Virus record (IMG/VR): IMGVR_UViG_3300012953_000217
Coordinates: 1-24,513 of that record
DNA: 24,513 nucleotides
Reading direction: 5' to 3' (one strand)
Origin: a virus
Lineage: Duplodnaviria > Caudoviricetes
The translations under genes were made by a program, and so were the position numbers. This document shows positions 16,801-24,513 of this stretch, piece after piece. The notes below the pieces were generated by a model that searched no databases, was not told the DNA's origin, and saw nothing but the letters and a program-made list of their open reading frames with translations. Every line of letters begins with the position of its first letter. The stretch's first letter is position 1.

Positions 16801-19800
16801 CTAGTCTTGATCTTGGTGTATGATAAGTCTTCATTAGTGTTAGCAAATGCACCACCAATTTCTACCTTAGAAATATTTGCACCAGTGCTATCAGGTGTTA
16901 CACCTAACCATATATTACTATGCTCAGATGAACGACCAAGATGTATAAACTGATCTGCTGTGCTGTCATTGAATAAGTATGCAGTTGTAACTTCACTACC
17001 TAAGTTTAATGTGCCAACAAATGTAGCATCATCTATTAAGTTAAATGTTCCTGTTGTCTGTGATGTTCTGATCTCAGCAATTACACCGTTATCACCATTG
17101 ACTTCAATGTCATGCTCAAATCTAGCATCATCAGTAAATCTAGATAAACCATTAACAACGAGTGCTCTATCTAATAGAGTATTGTTTATATTGATACCAA
17201 CACGACCACTATTTGTAGTTGCAACTCTAAAGACACTTTGATCATTAGGGAATGCACTATCACCACCAACTAAGAATGCGTTATCAACATCAGTCTTATC
17301 ACGATCAGCAAAGTTTGTATGCTGTAAATAATCTGCAGTTGTCCTACCACTGATAAATGCTGTACCAACAACATCTAAGTTTGCACGAGGTTCAGTTTCT
17401 AAACTTACAAATGAATTTGTATATGAACTGTGTGGTGATCTTGCAACTGTGTTAACACCTAACTTATAATCACCAATAGTTTCTGTCTCTGTTCTTAATG
17501 ATTCACCACCAATTACACCAATTTCCTTGAAATTAGAGTTAGAGAACTCAATAGTAGGAGCAACAGCACCTTGTGCAGTTCCTGCAATGATTGTCTCCCA
17601 TGGACTAGTTGACTGTGGGATCTGATCAATAACTTGGAAATGAACGTAGTTATTTGATGTCTGGAATGCATCACCAGGCTTACTGAATACTTGCCATGTT
17701 AGATTTAACCTAGGATCAAAGTAGAAGTTCTTAATTCTAATTTGTGATCCACTTGAAATTCCAATCTCTTGGTTTGTTATTGCAACACCAGTGTTAAAAT
17801 CTCTAAACTCTAGTTTGACAACATTAGTTCCATCAAATATGATATTGTCAATTTGAATGTTAGGAATTTGTGAGAAGTAGTTAGATAATATCCAACCAAT
17901 AGAACCACTCTTACCTATCTCAGATCCCTTAAGTAATACATCACCTGGTAATGGTAATACACCAGCATAAGTTGTAAATTGATTAGTATTAATTCTTGAT
18001 CCACCACTTGCAATCAATTGAGATTGATTTGGTGTAATGTTAGAAGCAATACCACCTATGGTATGTGTCTGGAATAGATATCTCTGACCATTTCCTCTAG
18101 CATTGAATTGGAATACAGCAGATTTGATTGTGTTCTTGCTGAGAGTGATATCACCAGCAGTAGGAGGTGAGAATGAAGTTCTATCTAATCCTTCATCTTG
18201 CTCAATTTGACCAAGATCATTTTCTGTGCTATCTACATTTGAACGTATGATTAAAGCATCCTTCTGTTGTATGAAATCACCATCTTGTACAGATATAACT
18301 ACAGGAGACTCAAAGTTACTTACTAACTGTCCGTCACCACCAACAACTGTAATATTCTGGTTGAATGTTACAGGAGTGTCAAATGTAGTAACTAATCCTC
18401 CTATTGTATCATCTTCGTCACCATCGTCTGCTAGTACAGCAGCATCTATAAATGTCTCCTCACCAGTAATAGCATTAATTCTTCTATTACCAATATACAA
18501 GTCACCTTGTGAGTTGATACCAGTATAGAATACAATACCAGCATCCTGTTTCTTAGACTGTGCATAGAAATCTTCGTCGGGTGTTAGAACGATTTCTTGT
18601 CTGATTGGTAGACCTGTACTGTAGTTACCAGGACCATAACCGAGATATTCAAATGTGTGGTTTCCTGCTCTTGCAATAGATGGTCGTCTTAATTCAATAT
18701 AATATCTCGTATCTGATATTGATACTTCACCACTACCACCAATAGGAATTAAACGATCCTCTGATCCAGATGTAGCATTACCTGTCTGTGCTTTAATATC
18801 ATAAGTATTTGTCAAGAATGCTGGTTGCTCTGTAAGATCATCAACCATCTCTCTAGTTGTTGATCCCTTGAAGTCGTTAACATATACAAGACCATGTGTA
18901 TAGTTATCAGCAGCAGAGAATGTTGATGGTGGATCTATCAATCCAGCATAGTAATCTTTCTCTAGTTGTGATGTACCAGACTTAGTAAACCAAAGGGGAT
19001 CGTTTCTATAGTTTAGAGGATATAGTTTGCTAACTGGTTGTGAGAACTTAAACTTCTTGAAGTTATTAGTTACACCAGCACCAGTTGGGAATGGAGAAAT
19101 ATTACCACGCAATGCAGTTAGATAGTAGATACCATCTTGCTGACCTGAGATACGTTTCTGTAATGTTTCATATCCGAAGACGTAGAATGTATCTTCAATA
19201 ACTCCAACATCCTCAACACTATCAACATAGTATTCAACACCAGCACTATCTTGTATTCTATCGCCAGGTGTGACTGTGTAAACATTCGCACCGTTTTGCT
19301 TGTAGAAAAACTGGGGATTATTTTTTGCAATTTGTGTTTTTAGAGGTAGCGATTTGCCCATATCCTGATCCTCTAGCATGTCAGCAAAGACAGTGCCTTG
19401 AGTGAATCTAGTGTTTGCAAACTCACTATACTCTAGTGTACCAGATCTAATATTTTTGATTATAATATAATGATCACCATCTACTGTGTAATAAGCATGA
19501 ATATTTGCAAGACCTGATGAATTACCAGCAAATGAAACTGAATTTGTTGCATTTGCAGTGTTGTCTACCTTGCTAGTTACAAAGATACCACCTTGTGGTG
19601 AAGTAATCTTGACTGTAGTAAATATCTCATTTCTCAAGCCAGGAAAATTAACAGTGTCAATTCCATGGTCAAAGACTGTTAATTCTGTATATTCTATACT
19701 ATCATCTAATATGTCCTTAACTTTACGTCCAGATTGAATTGTTGCTTGAACACCAGATACAAACTTTGCCATAGCACGGTATTCAATTCCTGCACCTGTT

Positions 19801-22800
19801 GTATCTCTCTTGTATGGATCATATGTTCCAGTTGTATCACCAAGATATTCACAAGCATTGACTGGGTTCTCAAAACGAGCACCATATACTGTACCAACAA
19901 CTGGTTTGAGTAAAATCTTCTGAGGAACTAACTTACGAGTATCGTCAGTTCTTGTTTTCATTACAAATCCATTGATTGGATCTCTTGCATTCTCAAGATA
20001 CTTAGGAATAACAAGACGAAGTTTGTATGTTCTTTCATCCTTATCACGATCATCTGTAAGACGTTGATACCACATATCAGTAGATCTCTGTCTATCAGAG
20101 TAATCACTCTGATTAAGTCTCCAGAATATATTATCTGTAGGAGTGGTTTGTGCACCAGTTACTTCATCCTTACAATTAATAAACCACTTACCCTCTGGTG
20201 ATGCAGCACTAGCAAAACCAGGATCATACTGCATTGGTGAACGACGTTTGTTACCAAATAGATTGAATACAACGCCAGTCTGTCCTGCACCAAATGTAAT
20301 TGGGTTTACATTGTTGATTGCATCTGCCTTTGTCTTATGTAATGTGACTACCTTATTGTTCTGGTAACGAGTAAAGAATTCAACTTTAGGATTAATTCTA
20401 CCAAAGTTTGCATCATTACTATTTGTGACTGCAACCTGTGGATCATTAGCATATGCTGTTGATACTAGAGGTAACACACCACCTTCAATTGCTCTGATAA
20501 ATGCTTTCTGAGCTGTGGTTGAGTTAGATGGTATATCAAAGATGTGTGCCACATCAGTCATAATACCAGCATTAACTGTATTTGTTAGTGATGCTTTGTA
20601 GTTGTGTAGATCATATGAATCATCAATTACAAATTGATAAAGATCAATCTCAACATCCTTATCAATTGCATCAGTTTCAGATGCGTAGATGTAAATACCA
20701 GCAGCAGCATTTTCTTTAGATGTTGCAAGCATTAATCTTGTTTGATCGTTACCATCAAAGAATGTTGTTGAACCATAGTTTTCTGGTTCGGTTCTTCTGC
20801 CAGGTGTAATTACATAGTATGTTCTGTTAGTTTCAAATCCGTTAGGTAATCTAACAAGACGCTTGTCAACATCAACATATCTACCTGTTGTCTGATCAAA
20901 GCGAGGGCGTGGTACAAGTCTGACTGGTGTACCAGTTTCAAAGTCATGTGGGTTTGAAGGACCTGCACCAGTAACGTCAATCGTAAACACTGTTGCTCTG
21001 GATGCAAGAAGTGCAGTGTTGACTGTCTGTTCTTGTCTAGTAACTGTGCCAAGACCACTATTAATAATAGTAGTAATGTTACCAACTAATGTTTCAATAG
21101 CATTTGCTGTTCCTGCACACTCTCTACTTGATGCTGATGTAGTTGTGTCTTGAATAACATCAGGATTACTTGACTCAGGTCCTACAGTTACAGTTGTAGG
21201 TAATGTGTCAGCCCAAATACCTCTCTCATACACAAAGTATAGTTCTGTTGTTGTACTTGTTTGTAAGGCGTTGACTGTGTTACCTTCATTCAATCTAGAA
21301 CCATTAACACCAAGTTCAATTTGTGTGTTACTTACAATTCTCTTAACATATGTTCCTGATGGTATGTTAGTAACTAACTGTGTAGAACTATCCTGTAACA
21401 GTCCATTGACATATGCAGGATTTACTGGATCAGTGTCGTCATATTCCTTGACACTCATACCAATAATAATACCACGGGTATCATTGACATCAACGATAGC
21501 AGAACCACTAGTTGTTGAACAATTATATGCAAGAACATCAAAGTTTCTCATGGCAGCAGTTGCCATCTCACCAACATAGTTCCATGCGTCTAGTGTCTCT
21601 GTCTTCTCCCCGTCAATATATTCTAGACTGTTACCAACGTAGTATGCTTCACCAGCCTGTATACTGTTGATGTTACCACCAACTCTAAGGTCATTAACAA
21701 TAGCATCAACGATGTATGTGACATCACGGAAACACTTGGATGCTTCGTTATTGATTGTAAAGTCACCTGTATTGAGTGGAGGTAGACCAGCAAGAGTCTT
21801 TCCATTGATTGCATCATTTAGAATATCAAATAGAGTTTCAATAGATGAACGAACATTAGCACAATCCCACTCACCATTGCTTAGTGGAGGTAGACTATTC
21901 AAATTACCATCATTAATGGTATTGCAAAGAATATCAATTAAAGCATTGACTGTTGCACAAACATCAGAGCAATTACCATCCTGATATGCAGATGGTCTGT
22001 ACTTACCAGCAGATCTAGGATATGCATGAGTTGTCTTGTTCTGATCTTTAGTACATGTAAAGATGAGTGACTCTTCCTTAAGTCTGATTGATGTACCTGT
22101 TGGTAAACTGTGGTTACCGATAGTTAATGCAAGAGTTCCTGTTGCATAATCATATACTGCATTAGATACATTCCAGTTAACTAATGGTGACTGACCAACA
22201 TTGACTGTAATACTATAAGTTGTAACAGCAGTTGGGTTTACATTCTGACCAGATATAGGATCAGAAGTACGAGGATATGTCTTGGTGCTTGCATTGCTAT
22301 CCATTCCACAAGTAAACGATAGTGAATTAGCAGCAATTGATATTAAATCACTTGTGGTTACGCCATGTGCTGATCCAAAATACAATACCATGTCACCAGT
22401 TACAGCATTGTATGTTGCATTGACTGGAGTCTTATCACTACCATTTACTACACTGACTGCATTAGCATTAGCACTCACAAATGTATGATCGTAGTTACCA
22501 CCAGATATGACTGCACCACCAACAGCAGCAACAAATGTATGTGCGTCTTGATCTTGTGATGATGTCTGTCCGACATTAACTGTAATAGAAGTTTGAGTTG
22601 TTGATATAATATTGAGTGCTGTGTTCCATGCTGGATCAGGACCGTCTTGTGTTGTTCTTTGAATACCATCAAGGTTACCAACACCACTGTCATTACCTAT
22701 TGCCTGTATGATGATACCCATCAATGTGTCAACAGCAGCAACAGCTGAACCACACTTAGGTAGTAGTTCTTCTTCATCCCAGTCATCTACAATTGTATTG

Positions 22801-24513
22801 TCAATGATCTGTGTTAAGTTGTTACCAGATGAAACAGTTACTGCTTCATTCTTGATAACTTGCATTGCAACATTCTTAACTTCTTGGAATACTTTTGCAA
22901 CTTCGTCTCTCTCTACATCTTGAATGATCTGTGGATATGTCTTACCATTAAAGTCATTAGTGATATAACCCTTAGCAACAGAGTATGTCTTATAGTTTCC
23001 ACCAAACTTAACATCCCACATTACCTCACGCAATACGTCATAGATATCATCTAAACAATCTTGTTCTGTATTTCCTGCAGATGGTGTGTATGATGGATAT
23101 GCTGCCTTCATTCTTTCATATGCTTCTTTAGCAATGAATAACTGGTTAGATATAACCATATCATGTGCATCACATTCAATGTCTCCAACAATAGGAGGAT
23201 CACCAATAGTGTCAAGTGTAATGTTTAGATCACGATCATAGTATTGGTTGTTCAATGCACGTTGCATTAAATCTTCTGCACGTTTGAATGCTGTGATTGC
23301 TGGTGCTTGTTCATTGTCCACACCATTAGAAATAAGCTGGTTACCCTTGAAGTATTCTTTTGTAACAGAAATACTAAACTCGTTACCACCAAACCAGAGG
23401 TCTTGTGCTACAGCATCAACAACAATACCCAAGTCTCTGCGACACTTAGCTTCGCCAGGTATCAATGTTCCAGCATTAACTGGTTGGTTCCAGATACCAC
23501 CTGTGATGTTACCATTTGCGATAGCGTCAGTAACTATAGTTCCAAGTGAATCAATTGCAGACTGTACATCTGAACATGCACTTGAACTTGTTCTACTTGT
23601 GATTGCTGAGTTCTGTTTTCTAACTGCATTAGTTGTAGCAGATACAAATGTATGAACATAGTTACCACCAGATATAACAGCTCCAGATGTTGCTGATACA
23701 AATGTATGTGGATCAGTGTTTGTAGATGGTACGTTCTGTAATACTTGAAGTGTAATTGTAGTTTGAGTTACTGACTGAATGTTAATTGCAGTATCATAGA
23801 ATGGGTCATTACCATTGGATCTAGGATATGATTTCTCTGCAGCAGCACCTGTAGCACCGTTATATCCACAACTAAATGTCAATGAGTTAGGTGCTAACTT
23901 AATACTTGTACCAGCAGTCAAACTATGATTACCGATTTCTAAAACCATCAATCCTGTATTAGGATCATATGTTGTTCCTGTAGTTGGTGTGTATGTTACT
24001 AAAGGTGATGTGCCTACGTTAACTTCAAATGTGTCATCAGTTTTATTTGCAACAGTTAACCATGTATTGAATGATGGGTCAGTTGATCTTGGATATGACT
24101 TATTAGAAGTATTGCCATCCATTGTGCATGATAACACTAATGAATTTTCTAAGAACTTAATCTTATCTCCGTTGGCAAGACCGTGACCTGTAATAGTTGT
24201 TACTAGAGTTCCAGTAGATGCATCATATGTGACGTCAGTAGGAGTTCCTACATCAGTTTGTGAACCAGCAAATGTGGATCCACCTTCTGTTACTGTTAAA
24301 TCTTTATAGTACAACTGGTTAGTGATTGCCTTCTTCATTTCGTTGAGGGCAGTGTTGTATGCAGTTATACTTTCTGACTCTTCACCCTGCAGACCATTTG
24401 GTAATGGTGTAGTTGCGTTGGTGAAGTATTGTTCTGTGTATTCTCTGGTATGCTTGTTACCTTCGTGATACATGTCAACTGAGATAGCATCAATGAAGTA
24501 TCCCAAGTCACGA
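13869..24513 (-). CDS. Giant virion structural/tail fibre-like protein, partial (N-terminus outside window), with repeated phycobiliprotein-like helical domains, repeated beta modules and a C-terminal T4 gp9/gp10/gp34-like domain
   Basis: 3545-aa open frame that stays open to the window edge (codons upstream of TTG 24506 read Arg-Asp, continuing the RDLG repeat, so 24506 is not the start). T/G/N/S/V-rich; internal repeats TYD..TG.....H......I....SL...C......YPR..DP and CxRD......D...GGN; C-terminus IVTLPPAPQTGDIVRMIDVGGN...IQGD...LIY...GWW resembles T4 baseplate/long-fibre attachment domains; directly upstream of tail-collar genes. Confidence 0.85.
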   Translation of the reverse strand, partial: RDLGYFIDAISVDMYHEGNKHTREYTEQYFTNATTPLPNGLQGEESESITAYNTALNEMKKAITNQLYYKDLTVTEGGSTFAGSQTDVGTPTDVTYDASTGTLVTTITGHGLANGDKIKFLENSLVLSCTMDGNTSNKSYPRSTDPSFNTWLTVANKTDDTFEVNVGTSPLVTYTPTTGTTYDPNTGLMVLEIGNHSLTAGTSIKLAPNSLTFSCGYNGATGAAAEKSYPRSNGNDPFYDTAINIQSVTQTTITLQVLQNVPSTNTDPHTFVSATSGAVISGGNYVHTFVSATTNAVRKQNSAITSRTSSSACSDVQSAIDSLGTIVTDAIANGNITGGIWNQPVNAGTLIPGEAKCRRDLGIVVDAVAQDLWFGGNEFSISVTKEYFKGNQLISNGVDNEQAPAITAFKRAEDLMQRALNNQYYDRDLNITLDTIGDPPIVGDIECDAHDMVISNQLFIAKEAYERMKAAYPSYTPSAGNTEQDCLDDIYDVLREVMWDVKFGGNYKTYSVAKGYITNDFNGKTYPQIIQDVERDEVAKVFQEVKNVAMQVIKNEAVTVSSGNNLTQIIDNTIVDDWDEEELLPKCGSAVAAVDTLMGIIIQAIGNDSGVGNLDGIQRTTQDGPDPAWNTALNIISTTQTSITVNVGQTSSQDQDAHTFVAAVGGAVISGGNYDHTFVSANANAVSVVNGSDKTPVNATYNAVTGDMVLYFGSAHGVTTSDLISIAANSLSFTCGMDSNASTKTYPRTSDPISGQNVNPTAVTTYSITVNVGQSPLVNWNVSNAVYDYATGTLALTIGNHSLPTGTSIRLKEESLIFTCTKDQNKTTHAYPRSAGKYRPSAYQDGNCSDVCATVNALIDILCNTINDGNLNSLPPLSNGEWDCANVRSSIETLFDILNDAINGKTLAGLPPLNTGDFTINNEASKCFRDVTYIVDAIVNDLRVGGNINSIQAGEAYYVGNSLEYIDGEKTETLDAWNYVGEMATAAMRNFDVLAYNCSTTSGSAIVDVNDTRGIIIGMSVKEYDDTDPVNPAYVNGLLQDSSTQLVTNIPSGTYVKRIVSNTQIELGVNGSRLNEGNTVNALQTSTTTELYFVYERGIWADTLPTTVTVGPESSNPDVIQDTTTSASSRECAGTANAIETLVGNITTIINSGLGTVTRQEQTVNTALLASRATVFTIDVTGAGPSNPHDFETGTPVRLVPRPRFDQTTGRYVDVDKRLVRLPNGFETNRTYYVITPGRRTEPENYGSTTFFDGNDQTRLMLATSKENAAAGIYIYASETDAIDKDVEIDLYQFVIDDSYDLHNYKASLTNTVNAGIMTDVAHIFDIPSNSTTAQKAFIRAIEGGVLPLVSTAYANDPQVAVTNSNDANFGRINPKVEFFTRYQNNKVVTLHKTKADAINNVNPITFGAGQTGVVFNLFGNKRRSPMQYDPGFASAASPEGKWFINCKDEVTGAQTTPTDNIFWRLNQSDYSDRQRSTDMWYQRLTDDRDKDERTYKLRLVIPKYLENARDPINGFVMKTRTDDTRKLVPQKILLKPVVGTVYGARFENPVNACEYLGDTTGTYDPYKRDTTGAGIEYRAMAKFVSGVQATIQSGRKVKDILDDSIEYTELTVFDHGIDTVNFPGLRNEIFTTVKITSPQGGIFVTSKVDNTANATNSVSFAGNSSGLANIHAYYTVDGDHYIIIKNIRSGTLEYSEFANTRFTQGTVFADMLEDQDMGKSLPLKTQIAKNNPQFFYKQNGANVYTVTPGDRIQDSAGVEYYVDSVEDVGVIEDTFYVFGYETLQKRISGQQDGIYYLTALRGNISPFPTGAGVTNNFKKFKFSQPVSKLYPLNYRNDPLWFTKSGTSQLEKDYYAGLIDPPSTFSAADNYTHGLVYVNDFKGSTTREMVDDLTEQPAFLTNTYDIKAQTGNATSGSEDRLIPIGGSGEVSISDTRYYIELRRPSIARAGNHTFEYLGYGPGNYSTGLPIRQEIVLTPDEDFYAQSKKQDAGIVFYTGINSQGDLYIGNRRINAITGEETFIDAAVLADDGDEDDTIGGLVTTFDTPVTFNQNITVVGGDGQLVSNFESPVVISVQDGDFIQQKDALIIRSNVDSTENDLGQIEQDEGLDRTSFSPPTAGDITLSKNTIKSAVFQFNARGNGQRYLFQTHTIGGIASNITPNQSQLIASGGSRINTNQFTTYAGVLPLPGDVLLKGSEIGKSGSIGWILSNYFSQIPNIQIDNIIFDGTNVVKLEFRDFNTGVAITNQEIGISSGSQIRIKNFYFDPRLNLTWQVFSKPGDAFQTSNNYVHFQVIDQIPQSTSPWETIIAGTAQGAVAPTIEFSNSNFKEIGVIGGESLRTETETIGDYKLGVNTVARSPHSSYTNSFVSLETEPRANLDVVGTAFISGRTTADYLQHTNFADRDKTDVDNAFLVGGDSAFPNDQSVFRVATTNSGRVGININNTLLDRALVVNGLSRFTDDARFEHDIEVNGDNGVIAEIRTSQTTGTFNLIDDATFVGTLNLGSEVTTAYLFNDSTADQFIHLGRSSEHSNIWLGVTPDSTGANISKVEIGGAFANTNEDLSYTKIKTRNLRIDGDAWLGFRKGLGETTSLKSQASQVDFFSNTGGPSIINFATNASEINIAGQGGQTTINNQLEVIASAKFNGDIHMCGGVASFAFTGGRAQLGTDITAHEDGIISTALFNKNIDILNVLVKGTNEEGYNQIDTAGAGQWGGTSYQNTVNTGGSVEPIILPAISGDEYYLPLKFEPVKANGDPYFGTSDYIIVDSAVVGTGSSATGHPEILQITELTRINEAPYYIKVKRQPFGAFGGVLSNHVDTTPIYKVNVQFDATWTEQALDNDTSATDSVYLSEFGGSLTNNDYVIIDRNDSPKVPEYIKVISPLEQQVQKFRISNCADPDEDVFVVNSVTGEVQIGNPNIPGSVLSVNSSLIMDGGCGTLGTTQFTGDANAQTNVITNIQVLTSGKTIADIQKGDLVTVITDGSPIKMTQDTAVDFVFGGAVYLTDKIIGSSSITGGTFKAERNERITATDGGNNVTFDVDTCTGTTTIGTHAGRFDLNLAWSSAAGILTNANLPAALNDDNIIAYSYYADPQTIQGNGPNTTIVSTATGGGVLQITVQQLGEGTGKFAVGDLIAVGPLTSFSSNTGQLEFMTITGVVDATNVITVNRAQEGTVEMSHQAADVVRRIIKHERQSLVVDAQIRQRQQGGVPTDYLSVILERGYISQSKLDYRQWLRFRNTSTGTEILTIVQGRLYGKNHMTIMDEQIGDGAKSYREGSLNVTDALTLSGGNFTIFDSVKQTKLFQFVNDDGHADHQGILYWDAAVTARGEIRLYPTSCPENVLLSLNCDPSFSVDNSGNVVAQNSLTVTGTAVSVPTKDDVFSVQNLGVGGGSEFTVNRDRSIDAFGLQNFTTSSGARHARYLSAASPEADLTLIPNIVYMVNVQNTQTLIVTLPPAPQTGDIVRMIDVGGNLKFDTTLVVRTPETSGTPIQGDAIGTLFGDRLTPYPSGELVVQTPNAGFALIYLGSTDSNDQIGIPTSVQGWWLMEV

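Noticed and set aside
7597-24186. Numerous plus-strand and alternate-frame ORFs (60-182 aa) inside the structural genes
   Set aside because: Shadow ORFs arising from codon bias of the long minus-strand genes; no independent signals.
7026-24513. Diversity-generating retroelement or invertible tail fibre cassette
   Set aside because: No reverse transcriptase or invertase, and I saw no near-identical nucleotide repeat pair with adenine-specific differences; internal repeats are old protein-level duplications.
1-24513. tRNA, rRNA, CRISPR array, intron or intein
   Set aside because: No recognisable cloverleaf, repeat-spacer array, interrupted gene or intein motifs found by eye.

Overview
AT-rich fragment of a T4-like marine cyanomyovirus (Prochlorococcus/Synechococcus phage type; assignment from gene content and style, no database search). 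All credible genes are on the minus strand. Right part (5833-24513) is a tightly coupled virion/tail module: a giant structural protein (>3545 aa, 5'-truncated by the window edge), three paralogous tail-collar fibre proteins (441, 468, 1368 aa), a tail-fibre assembly chaperone and a 120-aa protein. Left part (529-5800) is a cluster of small hypothetical genes plus two 2OG-Fe(II) oxygenases, driven by sigma70-type promoters, two of which share an upstream palindrome in place of a -35 box. Bases 1-528 are a repeat-rich non-coding region. The main observation is that the giant virion protein carries several helical domains that align by eye with phycobiliprotein beta subunits and retain the equivalents of both bilin-binding cysteines (beta82/84 and beta153/155), arranged in a nested fashion with beta-rich modules; this suggests a possibly bilin-binding virion. 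An 83-nt hairpin RNA that begins exactly at a predicted transcription start (3310-3392) is the second candidate.
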